A DNA stretch of 57,938 nt from Acidimicrobiia bacterium (GCA_003231975.1 QIKW01000043.1:1-57938), one strand, 5' to 3'. Counted from the stretch's first letter, positions 1 to 9,636 are shown. Numbers and translations are program-made. The notes: generated by a model from the sequence alone, not told the origin.

Positions 1-51
1 GTGTTGCCCTGCTCCCCGGTCGGGAAATCGATCGGAAGCCAATCGTCCCGG

Positions 52-564
52 TCAGTGCTGCCAGAGCAATAGACAGCCCCAGTCGCGTCGGTGTCGAGTG
101 TCGAGCTCACGACACCACACCGACTCGTCGTTATTGGGTGTGCCGATAGTAGCTTCCCAGCGAAACTGACCATCGGAATCGAACTGAGCAACCCGGCCAC
201 GATTCACTGTCGAACCATCCGATCGATACGAAACAGCAACCGTCCCGTTTCCTGAAACGGCGACTTCTGAAAGACTGCCGAAACCAACCTGAGTCGACCA
301 CACCACAGCGCCAGTGGCGTCGGCCCGGAAAAGAGTGAGCCGATTGCCCGTGCCTGGCTCAGTGAAGAAGAAGGAGCCATCAGGAGCCGCGACCACTTCA
401 CCTGACCCTGAAGGCAGGTTCCGAAGCGCGACAAGCGCCGCGCCTGAGTCATCAGGCACCGCGGCCCCAGACCGGCCGCCAACCCCCACCACGCTCGCTA
501 TGACCGCAGCAAACGCCAGCGCGGCTACGACCAATCGTCCACGAAACTTGCCCTGATATGTCAT
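52..564 (-). CDS. hypothetical secreted protein, 3' end probably frameshifted
   Basis: ATG at 564 gives a signal-peptide-like N-terminus (MTYQGKFRGRLVVAALAFAAVIASVVG). The body has Gly/Ser/Thr-rich repeats. The last ~25 codons look non-native, while a second minus-strand frame stays open to position 1. Confidence 0.45.
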   Translation of the reverse strand: MTYQGKFRGRLVVAALAFAAVIASVVGVGGRSGAAVPDDSGAALVALRNLPSGSGEVVAAPDGSFFFTEPGTGNRLTLFRADATGAVVWSTQVGFGSLSEVAVSGNGTVAVSYRSDGSTVNRGRVAQFDSDGQFRWEATIGTPNNDESVWCRELDTRHRRDWGCLLLWQH

Positions 565-800
565 TCCGGACCGTCTTGTGCGGTGCGTCGGGAACGTAGT
601 CGAACCCCTTACCGGATCGCCAGGCAAACCGCCTGAATCCGGAGCATCAGCAGAAGACAAAACGACATCGTGGCGGCCAATAACATCCGGGCAACATATG
701 ACCACCCGTGGCCAAACAACCACTATCGGTGATCAACTAGATGAAATTGGGTTCCTGCTTAAACGCTGAGGCCCAGGCACACAGCCCCAAACCGCTGCTG

Positions 801-1565
801 CTAGTTGTTGCGCGCTCGATGGCGGACTGCCGCTCGTCGGTGATGGTCGGCGTCTGCTGGGTGCATTTCGGCCAGCTGATCGTGATGCTCGGCTGCCTCC
901 TCGAACCGCCCAAGCGCCCCCAGAACTTTTGCCAGATCGTTCTGGTCTCGTGCCACTGATCCCGGCAACGACACACACAGTCGCAGCACACTGGCCAGGA
1001 AGCCAAGGTGGCCGGTTCTGATGGCGGCCAGACGAAGATTCTGGAGATTCCTGGTGGCGATGGCCAAGGCAGTCATTGGATGAAGCGTGCCGGCATCGAA
1101 CAGCCGACCCGGGAACAACCTGGTGAACACCTCGGCGCATTCGTCCATATCAAGCTCTCTCCCCCCGGCGAAAGCGTCAAACCAGCGTTGGCCAGAGCCG
1201 TCTCCAAGCAGCACATGGCCCGGCATGCCAACTGGCTCCAGTGCCAGCCCACGCCTGCGCCCAATCTCAGCAGCAACAATTGCCAGGCTTAGCGGGTTGC
1301 CCCTGCGTCGCTCCAAAACACGGTGGATCAGCGAGTTGTCTGTCTCATAGAAGCTCTCGCTGTTGCCTCGGAAACCCAGGGAACCAAACACGTGACCCAA
1401 GAGCCCCTCGGTATCAGAAGGAGCCCCCTCTGCCAGCTCATCAAGGGTTGAAACCACTTCACTCTCGCCAGGAAAGTCTGGGCCGATGGCAGACACCGCA
1501 GCCGCCACACGGTCTAGGGTTGCCGCCGGATCAGACAGCAGAGCATTCAGTCGCCGTCCGTCCAC
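801..1565 (-). CDS. SirB1/UPF0162-type transglutaminase-like protein with helical C-terminus
   Basis: 254-aa ORF. The core LIHRVLERRRGNPLSLAIVAAEIGRRRGLALEPVGMPGHVLLG matches the family as I remember it. GTG start. Confidence 0.7.
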   Translation of the reverse strand: MDGRRLNALLSDPAATLDRVAAAVSAIGPDFPGESEVVSTLDELAEGAPSDTEGLLGHVFGSLGFRGNSESFYETDNSLIHRVLERRRGNPLSLAIVAAEIGRRRGLALEPVGMPGHVLLGDGSGQRWFDAFAGGRELDMDECAEVFTRLFPGRLFDAGTLHPMTALAIATRNLQNLRLAAIRTGHLGFLASVLRLCVSLPGSVARDQNDLAKVLGALGRFEEAAEHHDQLAEMHPADADHHRRAAVRHRARNN

Positions 1566-1647
1566 GGCACAACGTTACACGGCTGGCGAGCAGCAATGAA
1601 AGTTGGCGATTGACTCAGCGGGCCCTTCAACCCTACGTTTCCTCGCC

Positions 1648-3192
1648 ATGTACCCAGGATCGTTTGCTGCCACCCACCCAGACAAGGCGGCCGTTGTGGT
1701 TGCCGAGACAGGGCAGGTGATTACCTTCGCCCAGCTTGACGACGAGGCGAACCGAGTGGCCCAGATGTTTCATGCCGCTGGCCTTCGCGCCGGCGACCAC
1801 GTGGCGTTCTGCCTCGAGAATCACCCTCGTTTCATGTCGTTCGCCTGGGGCTGTCACTACGCAGGTTTGATCTACACCGCAATGTCAACTCGTCTCACCA
1901 CTGAAGAGATGGCATACATAGTCAACAACTGCGAGGCGCAAGCGTTCATCACTTCCAACTACCTGCGGGAGCAGGCCGATGCCTTGGTGGATCAGATGCC
2001 AAACGTGTCGATCCGGCTGATGATGGACGGAACCAGCGAGGGCTACGACTCTTACGAAGACACAGTTTCGGTCTACTCGAATGAGCCGATTCCCAACAGG
2101 GTTGCCGGATTCGACATGCTCTACAGCTCTGGCACAACGGGCCGACCAAAGGGAGTACTCCCTCAAAACGAGTTCCTACCCCTTGAAGACAGCCCCCATC
2201 CGGTGGGCGCGATGCTGCCATTGCTGTTCGAGCTTGACGTTGACTCTGTCTACCTCTCGCCTGCCCCGCTGTACCACGCAGCCCCGCTGCGTTTCTGCAT
2301 GGGGGTGCTGGCCAACGGCGCCACTCTGGTGGTGATGGAGCGGTTCGACCCCGAGGGCTTCCTGAAGGCTGCGGAGAAATACCGCGCAACCCACACCCAA
2401 GTTGTTCCAACCATGTTCGTTCGAATGCTGAAGCTGGATGATCAGGTGCGCGAGGGCTATGACGTGTCGTCGCTGAAGATGTGTGTTCACGCCGCCGCCC
2501 CGTGCCCGGTGGCAGTCAAGGAGCAGATGATCGATTGGTGGGGCCCGGTGATCCACGAGTACTACGCGGGCACCGAGGGCAACGGCTTTGTGTACTGCAA
2601 CTCCGAGATGTGGCTGGCCCACAAGGGCACGGTGGGGCTGCCAATCAACTGCACGGTGCACATTGTTGGCGATGACGGCGAAGACGTTCCAGTGGGCAGC
2701 GAGGGCACCATCTACTTCGAGGGCGGCGGCACCTTCGAGTACCACGGCGACCCCGAGAAAACCGCTGACTCCCGTCACGAGAAGGGCTGGAGCACCCTCG
2801 GCGACGTTGGCAAGCTTGACGACGATGGGTTTCTCTACCTCACTGATCGCAAGGCCTACATGATCATCACCGGCGGGGTGAACGTGTACCCCCAAGAGGC
2901 CGAAAACGTGTTGACGATGCACCCGAAGGTGTTTGATGTTGCCGTTATCGGCGTTCCCAACGAGGACTTCGGAGAAGAGGTGAAGGCCGTGGTGCAACCA
3001 GCGGACGGTGTTGAGGGTTCCCCCGAGCTGGCAAGGGAACTGATTGACTTCTGTCGCCAGCAGTTGTCTGACGTGAAGTGCCCACGTTCGGTCGACTTCC
3101 GAGACGAACTACCACGGCACCCAACCGGCAAGCTTTACAAACGGCTGCTGAAGGACGAATACTGGGCAAACCACGAGTCCAGGATCATCTAG
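1648..3192 (+). CDS. acyl-CoA synthetase / AMP-dependent ligase (FadD-like)
   Basis: AMP-binding signature YSSGTTGRPKGV, plus YAGTEG and GDVGKLDDDGFLYLTDRK motifs. ATG 1648 (MYPGSFAATHPDKAAV) is preferred over the TTG at 1603. Confidence 0.9.
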   Translation: MYPGSFAATHPDKAAVVVAETGQVITFAQLDDEANRVAQMFHAAGLRAGDHVAFCLENHPRFMSFAWGCHYAGLIYTAMSTRLTTEEMAYIVNNCEAQAFITSNYLREQADALVDQMPNVSIRLMMDGTSEGYDSYEDTVSVYSNEPIPNRVAGFDMLYSSGTTGRPKGVLPQNEFLPLEDSPHPVGAMLPLLFELDVDSVYLSPAPLYHAAPLRFCMGVLANGATLVVMERFDPEGFLKAAEKYRATHTQVVPTMFVRMLKLDDQVREGYDVSSLKMCVHAAAPCPVAVKEQMIDWWGPVIHEYYAGTEGNGFVYCNSEMWLAHKGTVGLPINCTVHIVGDDGEDVPVGSEGTIYFEGGGTFEYHGDPEKTADSRHEKGWSTLGDVGKLDDDGFLYLTDRKAYMIITGGVNVYPQEAENVLTMHPKVFDVAVIGVPNEDFGEEVKAVVQPADGVEGSPELARELIDFCRQQLSDVKCPRSVDFRDELPRHPTGKLYKRLLKDEYWANHESRII

Positions 3193-3730
3193 CGGCGCCC
3201 AGTTTCTGCGCCAGTTTGGTTTCCCTGGCTCGGCGAACGAGAAGCCTTAGCGCAACTGCAATCAGAGCGGCGGCAGCGAGCTGGGCTGCGGCCGCCAGCC
3301 AGAGGGCGCTGTAGCCGCCTTGCTGGATGATCCATCCTCCAGCCGCCGGCCCAATGGTTGAGCCAACGTAAACGCCAGCTTGGGTGATGCCCGAAGCAGC
3401 AGCAGGGGCAGACGGGTTGTTTCGCACAACAGACAGGTTGAACAGGCCGGGCCAGGCCCAGCCGAAACCGAAGGCCGGGAACAGCCCAACCAGATACCAC
3501 ACAGGCTGGTGCAAGCTCATTATCAGCAACCCGAGACTGCCGAGGCCCAGCAGAACCGCTACACGCTTGATTGGCAACAGCTTCCCCTGGGCTCTTCGGA
3601 GGTCCACTCCTTGCTCAAGATGTCTCACCCTACGGCTAGCGTTCACAGTCGTGACCCTCCCGTACCTGGACACACCAACCCCAATTGCCATTGCCCATCG
3701 TGGTGGTTCGGTTGCTGCTCCTGAAAACAC
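3185..3730 (-). pseudogene. C-terminal remnant of an MFS-type transporter (about 4 TM helices only)
   Basis: The ORF encodes only hydrophobic helices (VAVLLGLGSLGLLIMSL, VWYLVGLFPAFGFGWAWPGLF, GVYVGSTIGPAAGGWII, ALWLAAAAQLAAAALIAVAL). No N-terminal half is present. Its upstream end runs into the opposite-strand GDPD gene. Confidence 0.45.
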
Positions 3731-4409
3731 TGTTGCGGCCTTTCGGCATGCCTGGTCGCTTGGCTACCGCTACCTGGAAACCGACGTGCATCTCACCTCT
3801 GACGGAGTGCTGGTGGCGTTCCACGATGGCGACCTTGAACGCCTGGCCGGGCTGCCAGGCACTATCGAAGAGCAGCCGTGGGAAGCCTTGCAGGCAATCG
3901 ATCTTGGCGGCGGCAACGGGATCCCAATCATGGCCCAGTTGCTGGAAACATTCCCAGAAGCCAAGTTCAACATTGACCCGAAGGAAGACAACGCGGTTGA
4001 GCCCCTTGGTGACCTGATCGAAGAAGCGGAGGCGGTGCATCGGGTTGGTGTTGGCTCATTCGACGACACCAGGGTGGCAACCTTTCAGCACCGCTTTGGC
4101 GCAGACCTCTGCACCTCGCCCGGGCTGATGGAGATGCTCGCGTTCTTTGCCGGCGAGACCACGGGAGACGCATTTGCCGGCCACGGGTGCCTTCAGATCC
4201 CACCCCGCTTCGGAGACTTCGAGATCACTTCTGAACTGCTTGACCAAGCTCATGACCTTGGCCTTCAAGTACACCTCTGGACCATCAACGAGGAGGCCGA
4301 GATGAACCGACTGCTTGATCTGGGGGTTGATGCAATCATGACCGACGACACCCAACTGCTCAAAGATGTGCTGGTGCGGCGGGGCGAATGGAACGAGGCC
4401 CCGCAATGA
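3651..4409 (+). CDS. glycerophosphodiester phosphodiesterase (GDPD family)
   Basis: IAIAHRGGSVAAPENTVAAFRHAWSLGYRYLETDVHLTSDGVLVAFHD is the GDPD catalytic N-terminus. In-frame GTG at 3651. The stop overlaps the next start (ATGA). Confidence 0.85.
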   Translation: MTLPYLDTPTPIAIAHRGGSVAAPENTVAAFRHAWSLGYRYLETDVHLTSDGVLVAFHDGDLERLAGLPGTIEEQPWEALQAIDLGGGNGIPIMAQLLETFPEAKFNIDPKEDNAVEPLGDLIEEAEAVHRVGVGSFDDTRVATFQHRFGADLCTSPGLMEMLAFFAGETTGDAFAGHGCLQIPPRFGDFEITSELLDQAHDLGLQVHLWTINEEAEMNRLLDLGVDAIMTDDTQLLKDVLVRRGEWNEAPQ

Positions 4410-5986
4410 CAGTTCGTATAGAACACGAACGGTTCGCCACCAGGGGCATGGTCTGCACCGTTCACCATCTGGCAACGGTTGCAGGCATCGAAATGTTGGC
4501 TGCGGGCGGCAACGCCGTTGATGCTGCCGTCGCAGCTTCGGCGGCCCTTGCGGTAACCACACAGAACATGTGCGGCATTGGCGGAGACCTTTGGGCCTTG
4601 GTGCACGTGCCGGGCCAGGCCGAGCCGTTCGCCCTTAACGCATCAGGTTGGGCAGGCGCTGGCGCAGACGCCGCCGCCATGCGGGCAGAAGGGCTTCGGT
4701 CGATGCCCTTCAGGAAAGACCTCCGGTCGGTTCCCGTGCCTGGCTGTGTTGACGGCTGGACCACCCTGCACGAAAGGTTCGGCGCCCTTCGCTTGGACGA
4801 GGTTCTGGCGCCGGCGAAGCGGCTTGCGGCCGAAGGGTTTCCCGTCTCGCCCATTTTGGCCAGGATGGCAGCCGAGGTGGCCAACCTGGAAGGGGCAGGC
4901 GACTACCTGATCAATGGCACCCCCGTGCAAACCGGGCAGGTAATGAAGCGGCCCGGCATCGCCCGCTCACTTGAAGCCATCGGCTCTTCCGGGCGAGACG
5001 GCTGGTATCAGGGAGAGTTCGGCGCCGCCTTGATCCGGCTGGGGGCCGGCCTCTACAACGAGGCCGACATGGCTCACCACCACGCCCAGTGGGTTGCCCC
5101 CACCCATGCGCCTGCTTGGGGCCAGAACCTGTGGACCGTGCCGCCAAACTCGCAGGGCTACATATCGCTTGCCGGGGCCGCCATAGCCGACGGGCTAGAC
5201 CTTCCGCCAGACCCAGACGATCCGCTCTGGGCCCACCTGTTGGTTGAGGCTGCCAAGCAGGCCGCCTTCGACCGCCCAGAGGTGCTCTTTGACGGTGCAG
5301 ACGGCGCCGCGCTGGTTGCTGAGAGCCGGCTGGCGCAGCGGAGGCTGGCCATCTCATCCGAGACCGCATCGGCATTGCGGCCCCCAACCGCAGGAGGCGG
5401 CACGATCTATTTGTGTGCCGTCGATGCGGATCGAATGGGTGTGTCACTAATCCAGTCGAACGCGGCGGGGTTCGGGGCTCACATTGCGGTTCCCGAGGTT
5501 GGAGTTTTCCTGCACAACCGAGGGATCGGATTCTCCCTGACCGAGGGACACCCAGCCGAACTGAAGCCGGGCCAAAGGCCCCCAAGCACTCTCGCTCCTG
5601 CCCTGGCCACAAACCCCGACGGCTCGCTGCGATCGGTGTTTGGATGCATGGGAGGCGACGCCCAACCCCAAGTTGTTCTGCAAATAGCTGCTCGCCTCTT
5701 TCAGGCCAAGCAGAAGCCTGGGCTGGCGCTCACCGCTCCAAGGTTTGCGCTAACAGCGCCAGATTCAGGTGGCTTCGACACGTGGTCTTCCACGGCGCCT
5801 TTAACCGTTGCCGTTGAGGCCGGCTCACCTTGGGCCCAGGGTCTTACGGCCCGGGGGCACCTGGTTGACCAAGTGCAATGGGGCCTTGGAACCTTCGGCC
5901 ACGCCCACCTCATTGATGTTGTTGGCGACCGCCTGGCAGGCGTGGCTGATCCACGGGCGCTGATTGGCGCTGCCATTGGGTTGTGA
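4406..5986 (+). CDS. ggt: gamma-glutamyltransferase family protein
   Basis: N-terminus HHLATVAGIEMLAAGGNAVDAAVAA and autoprocessing-site-like GGTIYLCAVD, typical of GGT. ATG 4406 overlaps the GDPD stop. Confidence 0.85.
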   Translation: MTVRIEHERFATRGMVCTVHHLATVAGIEMLAAGGNAVDAAVAASAALAVTTQNMCGIGGDLWALVHVPGQAEPFALNASGWAGAGADAAAMRAEGLRSMPFRKDLRSVPVPGCVDGWTTLHERFGALRLDEVLAPAKRLAAEGFPVSPILARMAAEVANLEGAGDYLINGTPVQTGQVMKRPGIARSLEAIGSSGRDGWYQGEFGAALIRLGAGLYNEADMAHHHAQWVAPTHAPAWGQNLWTVPPNSQGYISLAGAAIADGLDLPPDPDDPLWAHLLVEAAKQAAFDRPEVLFDGADGAALVAESRLAQRRLAISSETASALRPPTAGGGTIYLCAVDADRMGVSLIQSNAAGFGAHIAVPEVGVFLHNRGIGFSLTEGHPAELKPGQRPPSTLAPALATNPDGSLRSVFGCMGGDAQPQVVLQIAARLFQAKQKPGLALTAPRFALTAPDSGGFDTWSSTAPLTVAVEAGSPWAQGLTARGHLVDQVQWGLGTFGHAHLIDVVGDRLAGVADPRALIGAAIGL

Positions 5987-6948
5987 TCGGCAAGGCCCTG
6001 CCGGTCCTTGCCTGGGCCGCCGCAGTCGGCATGTGCGTGGTGGCGTGGATGAGATGGTTTGGCCCGGCGTCAAACTGGCTTTCCGTAGGACTGGTTGGGC
6101 TCACGCCGTTCGCCCTCGCTCCCGCCTGGATTCTGGCTGCGTATGCGATCTTCAGCAGGCACCGCGCACTTGCAGCCATCGCCATTGGTCTGGTGCTGCT
6201 GCACGCCTCTTGGGTTAGTTCTGACCTAAGGCTTGGCCCCGGCGGCAGCTCAACTGCTCAATACGACTTGAGGCTAGCAAGCGCGAACATGCTGGTTGAA
6301 AACCCAGACCCGGTGGGGCTTGTGTTGGCCCTGTTGGCCGAGGATCCCGACATCATCTTCCTCCAGGAAGCGCGGCTTGGATTGCTGGAAGAGCTGCAAG
6401 AGCTTCCTGAGATGGAGGGCTACCAGTGGGTGGTTGGCGGCTGCAGCGACGGCGAGCGCGAGCGAGACGACAGCCTGGCCATCATCTCCCGGCTGCCTAT
6501 CCAGAACCTCCGGGTGGAAGTGGTGGACGGAAACGAGATGGCACTGGGCACTGTGACCGTGAAAGGCGTAGCCATCGAGCTAACAAACGTCCACCTGTCA
6601 ACCCCACTGGACAACCACGCAATTGACGACTGGAACCGACAACTGCTTGACCTGAGCGCAACGGTCAACCAGCGAAGCGGGCCAATGCTTCTGGCCGGAG
6701 ACTTCAACGCCACCGTTCATCACAAGGGATTCCGAATCCTGATGAGCAGAGACCTAACCGATGCCCACCAAGCAGTCGGCCGAGGCCTCGGCTTCACCTG
6801 GGGGCCCCGAAGATTCGGGATCCCAGTAATGAGAATCGACCATGTACTTTCAACCCCCGAACTGAAGCCCGTGCGCTCAACCATGCTGGACAGCATGGGC
6901 AGCGACCACCGGCCCCTAGTGGTCGATTATTGCATTGGCGCCTGCTAA
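5983..6948 (+). CDS. membrane-anchored endonuclease/exonuclease/phosphatase (EEP) family protein
   Basis: Hydrophobic N-terminal helices followed by EEP-like motifs (IIFLQEA, LLAGDFNAT, GSDHRPLVV). GTGA overlap with the ggt stop. Confidence 0.75.
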   Translation: MIGKALPVLAWAAAVGMCVVAWMRWFGPASNWLSVGLVGLTPFALAPAWILAAYAIFSRHRALAAIAIGLVLLHASWVSSDLRLGPGGSSTAQYDLRLASANMLVENPDPVGLVLALLAEDPDIIFLQEARLGLLEELQELPEMEGYQWVVGGCSDGERERDDSLAIISRLPIQNLRVEVVDGNEMALGTVTVKGVAIELTNVHLSTPLDNHAIDDWNRQLLDLSATVNQRSGPMLLAGDFNATVHHKGFRILMSRDLTDAHQAVGRGLGFTWGPRRFGIPVMRIDHVLSTPELKPVRSTMLDSMGSDHRPLVVDYCIGAC

Positions 6949-6953
6949 CGCGG

Positions 6954-7781
6954 TCAGTCTGGGATTGCGGGGTCGGCGAACTTTGGGGGCCGTTTTTCGA
7001 AGAAGGCGACCACTGCCTCGGCCTGAATCGGGCTTCCAATCAGTTTGCCAATTTCAGCTCGTTCCGCCGCGAACCCATCAGCAGTTGACACCTTCGCCGC
7101 GTTGTTGAACAGACGCTTAGCCGCTCGGATGGCGTGGGGCGACTTCTGGGCAATCTCGGCTGCCATCTCAAATGCCGCGGCCCGGGGATCATCTGCGATA
7201 TGGGTGACCAAGCCCAACTCTTTGGCCTCGCTGGCTTCAACCATTCTGCCCGTGAAGGTCAGTTCCTTCGCCACGTCAAGCCCAACCAAGCTGATCAGAG
7301 ATTGCGTACCAGTCATGTCGGGGATGAGCCCCCACCGGATCTCCAACACCGACATCTTCGTCCCCGGTGCGGCGATGCGGATGTCGGCACCAAGCGCCAG
7401 CTGAATGCCTCCGCCAAGAGCATGGCCGTGCAAGGCGGCAATTACCGGTACCGCCAGCTCGGTCCACCCATACACAGACTGCTGGGCAGCGTGGGTGATC
7501 CGGCCAGGCTGAAGCGCCGCTATCTCAATCTCCCCGCCCGACGGTGAGCCAGCCATTCCCTGAAACCCCTCGAAGTCAAGCCCGGCGCAAAAGGCCCGCC
7601 CCTCGCCAGACAGAACAACGCAGCGCACCGACACATCCTTGGCCAACAAGTCAGCGGTTTCAACTAGCTGGCGAAACATCGCCGGGTCAAGGGCGTTCAT
7701 TTTGTCAGGCCGGTTCAGACGCACGTCTGCCACCCCATCGTCGTCAATTGAAAGGGAGACTCGCTCTGTGTTCTCAGCCAT
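6954..7781 (-). CDS. enoyl-CoA hydratase/isomerase (crotonase) family protein
   Basis: RLNRPDKMNALD ... VVLSGEGRAFCAGLD ... PVIAALHGHALGGGIQLALGADIR are crotonase-fold signatures. ATG at 7781 (MAENTERV). Confidence 0.9.
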   Translation of the reverse strand: MAENTERVSLSIDDDGVADVRLNRPDKMNALDPAMFRQLVETADLLAKDVSVRCVVLSGEGRAFCAGLDFEGFQGMAGSPSGGEIEIAALQPGRITHAAQQSVYGWTELAVPVIAALHGHALGGGIQLALGADIRIAAPGTKMSVLEIRWGLIPDMTGTQSLISLVGLDVAKELTFTGRMVEASEAKELGLVTHIADDPRAAAFEMAAEIAQKSPHAIRAAKRLFNNAAKVSTADGFAAERAEIGKLIGSPIQAEAVVAFFEKRPPKFADPAIPD

Positions 7782-7791
7782 GACAAGAACC

Positions 7792-8025
7792 TTAGGCTTC
7801 CCCGCCCACCCAAGGACAATGCCGACAGCCCTGCTCACAGCACGGCCGCTGCGCCAAACCAACCGCGGTCATCACGTACAACCCAGACGTCGGGTCGACG
7901 TAGCCGGGCGCGCCCACAGCTACGGCTTTATTGTGGGCCTCCATCGAACTCGTGAATCCAGCCGTCTCCTGACCAAACCGACTTGGATGAGGCAACTCGA
8001 TGGCATCGACGCGCGGCTCTGGCAC
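7792..8025 (-). CDS. small Cys-rich protein (DUF5522-like, CCxxGCRHCPW motif)
   Basis: 77-aa ORF ending ...GLYVMTAVGLAQRPCCEQGCRHCPWVGGEA. It lies 10 nt upstream of the crotonase gene on the same strand. Confidence 0.55.
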   Translation of the reverse strand: MPEPRVDAIELPHPSRFGQETAGFTSSMEAHNKAVAVGAPGYVDPTSGLYVMTAVGLAQRPCCEQGCRHCPWVGGEA

Positions 8026-8127
8026 GCCCCTGAAGATACAACTTGTGGATAAGAACCTGAATCCACAGGAAAATCACACGGTTGTTCATCTTCCTCCCCA
8101 CAGGGGCCCTGCTCTATTCTTGTATCC

Positions 8128-8352
8128 ATGGCCCGCTTCACCGTCACCCTCACCGATCAATCGATCGAGCAGATCGACAACGTCGACGCCTACCAACAAG
8201 AAGGCCCCCTCACCACTTTCTTCCTACTGGCAGAAGGCCGTGGGGTAATCGATTCGTGGAGCAAACGCCAGGCCAGCTTCCGAACCGCAGACCTCGTGAA
8301 GATTCGACGGCTTGACGAGCCCGGCTCTGCTCACCTACTCAGGAGTGCATGA
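8128..8352 (+). CDS. hypothetical small protein (74 aa)
   Basis: ATG ORF with balanced composition. Its TGA overlaps the ATG of the downstream hydrolase (ATGA), which suggests translational coupling. Confidence 0.5.
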   Translation: MARFTVTLTDQSIEQIDNVDAYQQEGPLTTFFLLAEGRGVIDSWSKRQASFRTADLVKIRRLDEPGSAHLLRSA

Positions 8353-9059
8353 GCCCCTCCCCCGAACAACCTCCGGTACTGCTGGTTCACGGGTTCACCA
8401 CTTCGGCTCTTCGCACCTGGGTTGAGCCGGGCTGGACCGAGCTTCTTCGCGAAGCAGGCAGGATTGTGATTGCGCCCGACTTGCTTGGCCACGGCGAGGC
8501 AGAAAAGCCGAACGACCCGGGCGCATACGCCGCGGTTGAAGATCTGATTGCAGCCGAACTGCCGCCAGACGTTGCGGTCGACGCGGTTGGTTACTCGGCG
8601 GGAGCCCGCATAGTCCTGTCTCTGGCTGCGCAAGAGCCATCTCGATTCCGACGAATCGTGATTGGCGGGCTGGGGGCCACGCTGTTCGAGAAGCGGGATG
8701 GAAGCCCGTTAGTCAACGCGCTTTCGGGCAACGCCGACCCGAACGACATGGTTGCCAACCACTTCAAGAGCCTCGCCAACAGAGACGGCAACGATCCGGA
8801 GGCGTTGCTGGCTTTCGCCAGGCGCCAGCAACCTCGGTTGGACCGAGAAGATGTGGCCAGGATCACCTGCCCGGTGCTGGTGATCATTGGAGATCAGGAC
8901 TTCGCGGGCCCTGGCGGTCCGCTGGCCGAAGCGCTACCAGCTGGTGAGCTGGCAACGCTGCGCAACGTTGATCACTTCGGGCTCCCGAAGTCCTTCGACT
9001 TCGTCGAGAAGGGGTTGGATTTCCTTGGCGCCGCGCCGTTTGGAGTAGATCTAATTTGA
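8349..9059 (+). CDS. alpha/beta hydrolase fold protein
   Basis: PVLLVHGFTTS N-terminus, nucleophile-elbow-like GYSAGA, and VLVIIGDQD near the C-terminus. Confidence 0.8.
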   Translation: MSPSPEQPPVLLVHGFTTSALRTWVEPGWTELLREAGRIVIAPDLLGHGEAEKPNDPGAYAAVEDLIAAELPPDVAVDAVGYSAGARIVLSLAAQEPSRFRRIVIGGLGATLFEKRDGSPLVNALSGNADPNDMVANHFKSLANRDGNDPEALLAFARRQQPRLDREDVARITCPVLVIIGDQDFAGPGGPLAEALPAGELATLRNVDHFGLPKSFDFVEKGLDFLGAAPFGVDLI

Positions 9060-9065
9060 GTAGGT

Positions 9066-9629
9066 CTAAACAGCAGCAGCAACGGTCATGGCATGACGCA
9101 CCAAACCGACCAGGGTGTCTCGCACGGCTGCTCGGTGCCTGGCGTCGGTAACCACAACCGGAACGTGCACCGGTACGTCCAACGCGTCGCGCACATCATC
9201 TGGATGATGACGAAGGACTCCGTCGAACGCATTGATGGCAACAACGAAGGGCACGCCTGCTTGTTCCATGTAGTCAACCGCGGGGAAACACTGATCAAGC
9301 CTGCCGGTGTCAACAAGCACAACCGCGCCAATTGCTCCCCGAACCAGCTCATCCCACATGAAGTGGAAACGGTCCTGGCCGGGCGTACCAAACAGGTAGA
9401 GCACCAGTTCAGAACTCAGCCCGACTCGGCCGAAGTCCATTGCAACAGTTGTGCTGCGCTTCTTTGTGGCATCGCCGAGATCGTCGACGCCCTCGCTCAC
9501 CTTTGTCATGGCGGCTTCGGTGGTCAACGGGTCTATGTCTGAGACCGAAGCAACGAAGGTGCTCTTACCTACAGCAAAGCCTCCTGCTACTACGATCTTG
9601 ACCGGAATTTGGGGGTTGACGTTCGTCAT
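9066..9629 (-). CDS. cvnD: conservon-type small GTPase (CvnD/MglA-like ATP/GTP-binding protein)
   Basis: P-loop VVAGGFAVGKST, LYLFGTPGQDRF (switch II-like) and VVAINAFDG. Last gene of the four-gene cassette. Confidence 0.85.
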   Translation of the reverse strand: MTNVNPQIPVKIVVAGGFAVGKSTFVASVSDIDPLTTEAAMTKVSEGVDDLGDATKKRSTTVAMDFGRVGLSSELVLYLFGTPGQDRFHFMWDELVRGAIGAVVLVDTGRLDQCFPAVDYMEQAGVPFVVAINAFDGVLRHHPDDVRDALDVPVHVPVVVTDARHRAAVRDTLVGLVRHAMTVAAAV

Positions 9630-9636
9630 CGTTTCC

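Noticed and set aside
2176-2997. 273-aa minus-strand ORF.
   Set aside because: It is antisense to the acyl-CoA synthetase and has a His/Val/Gly-rich composition with no recognisable domain.
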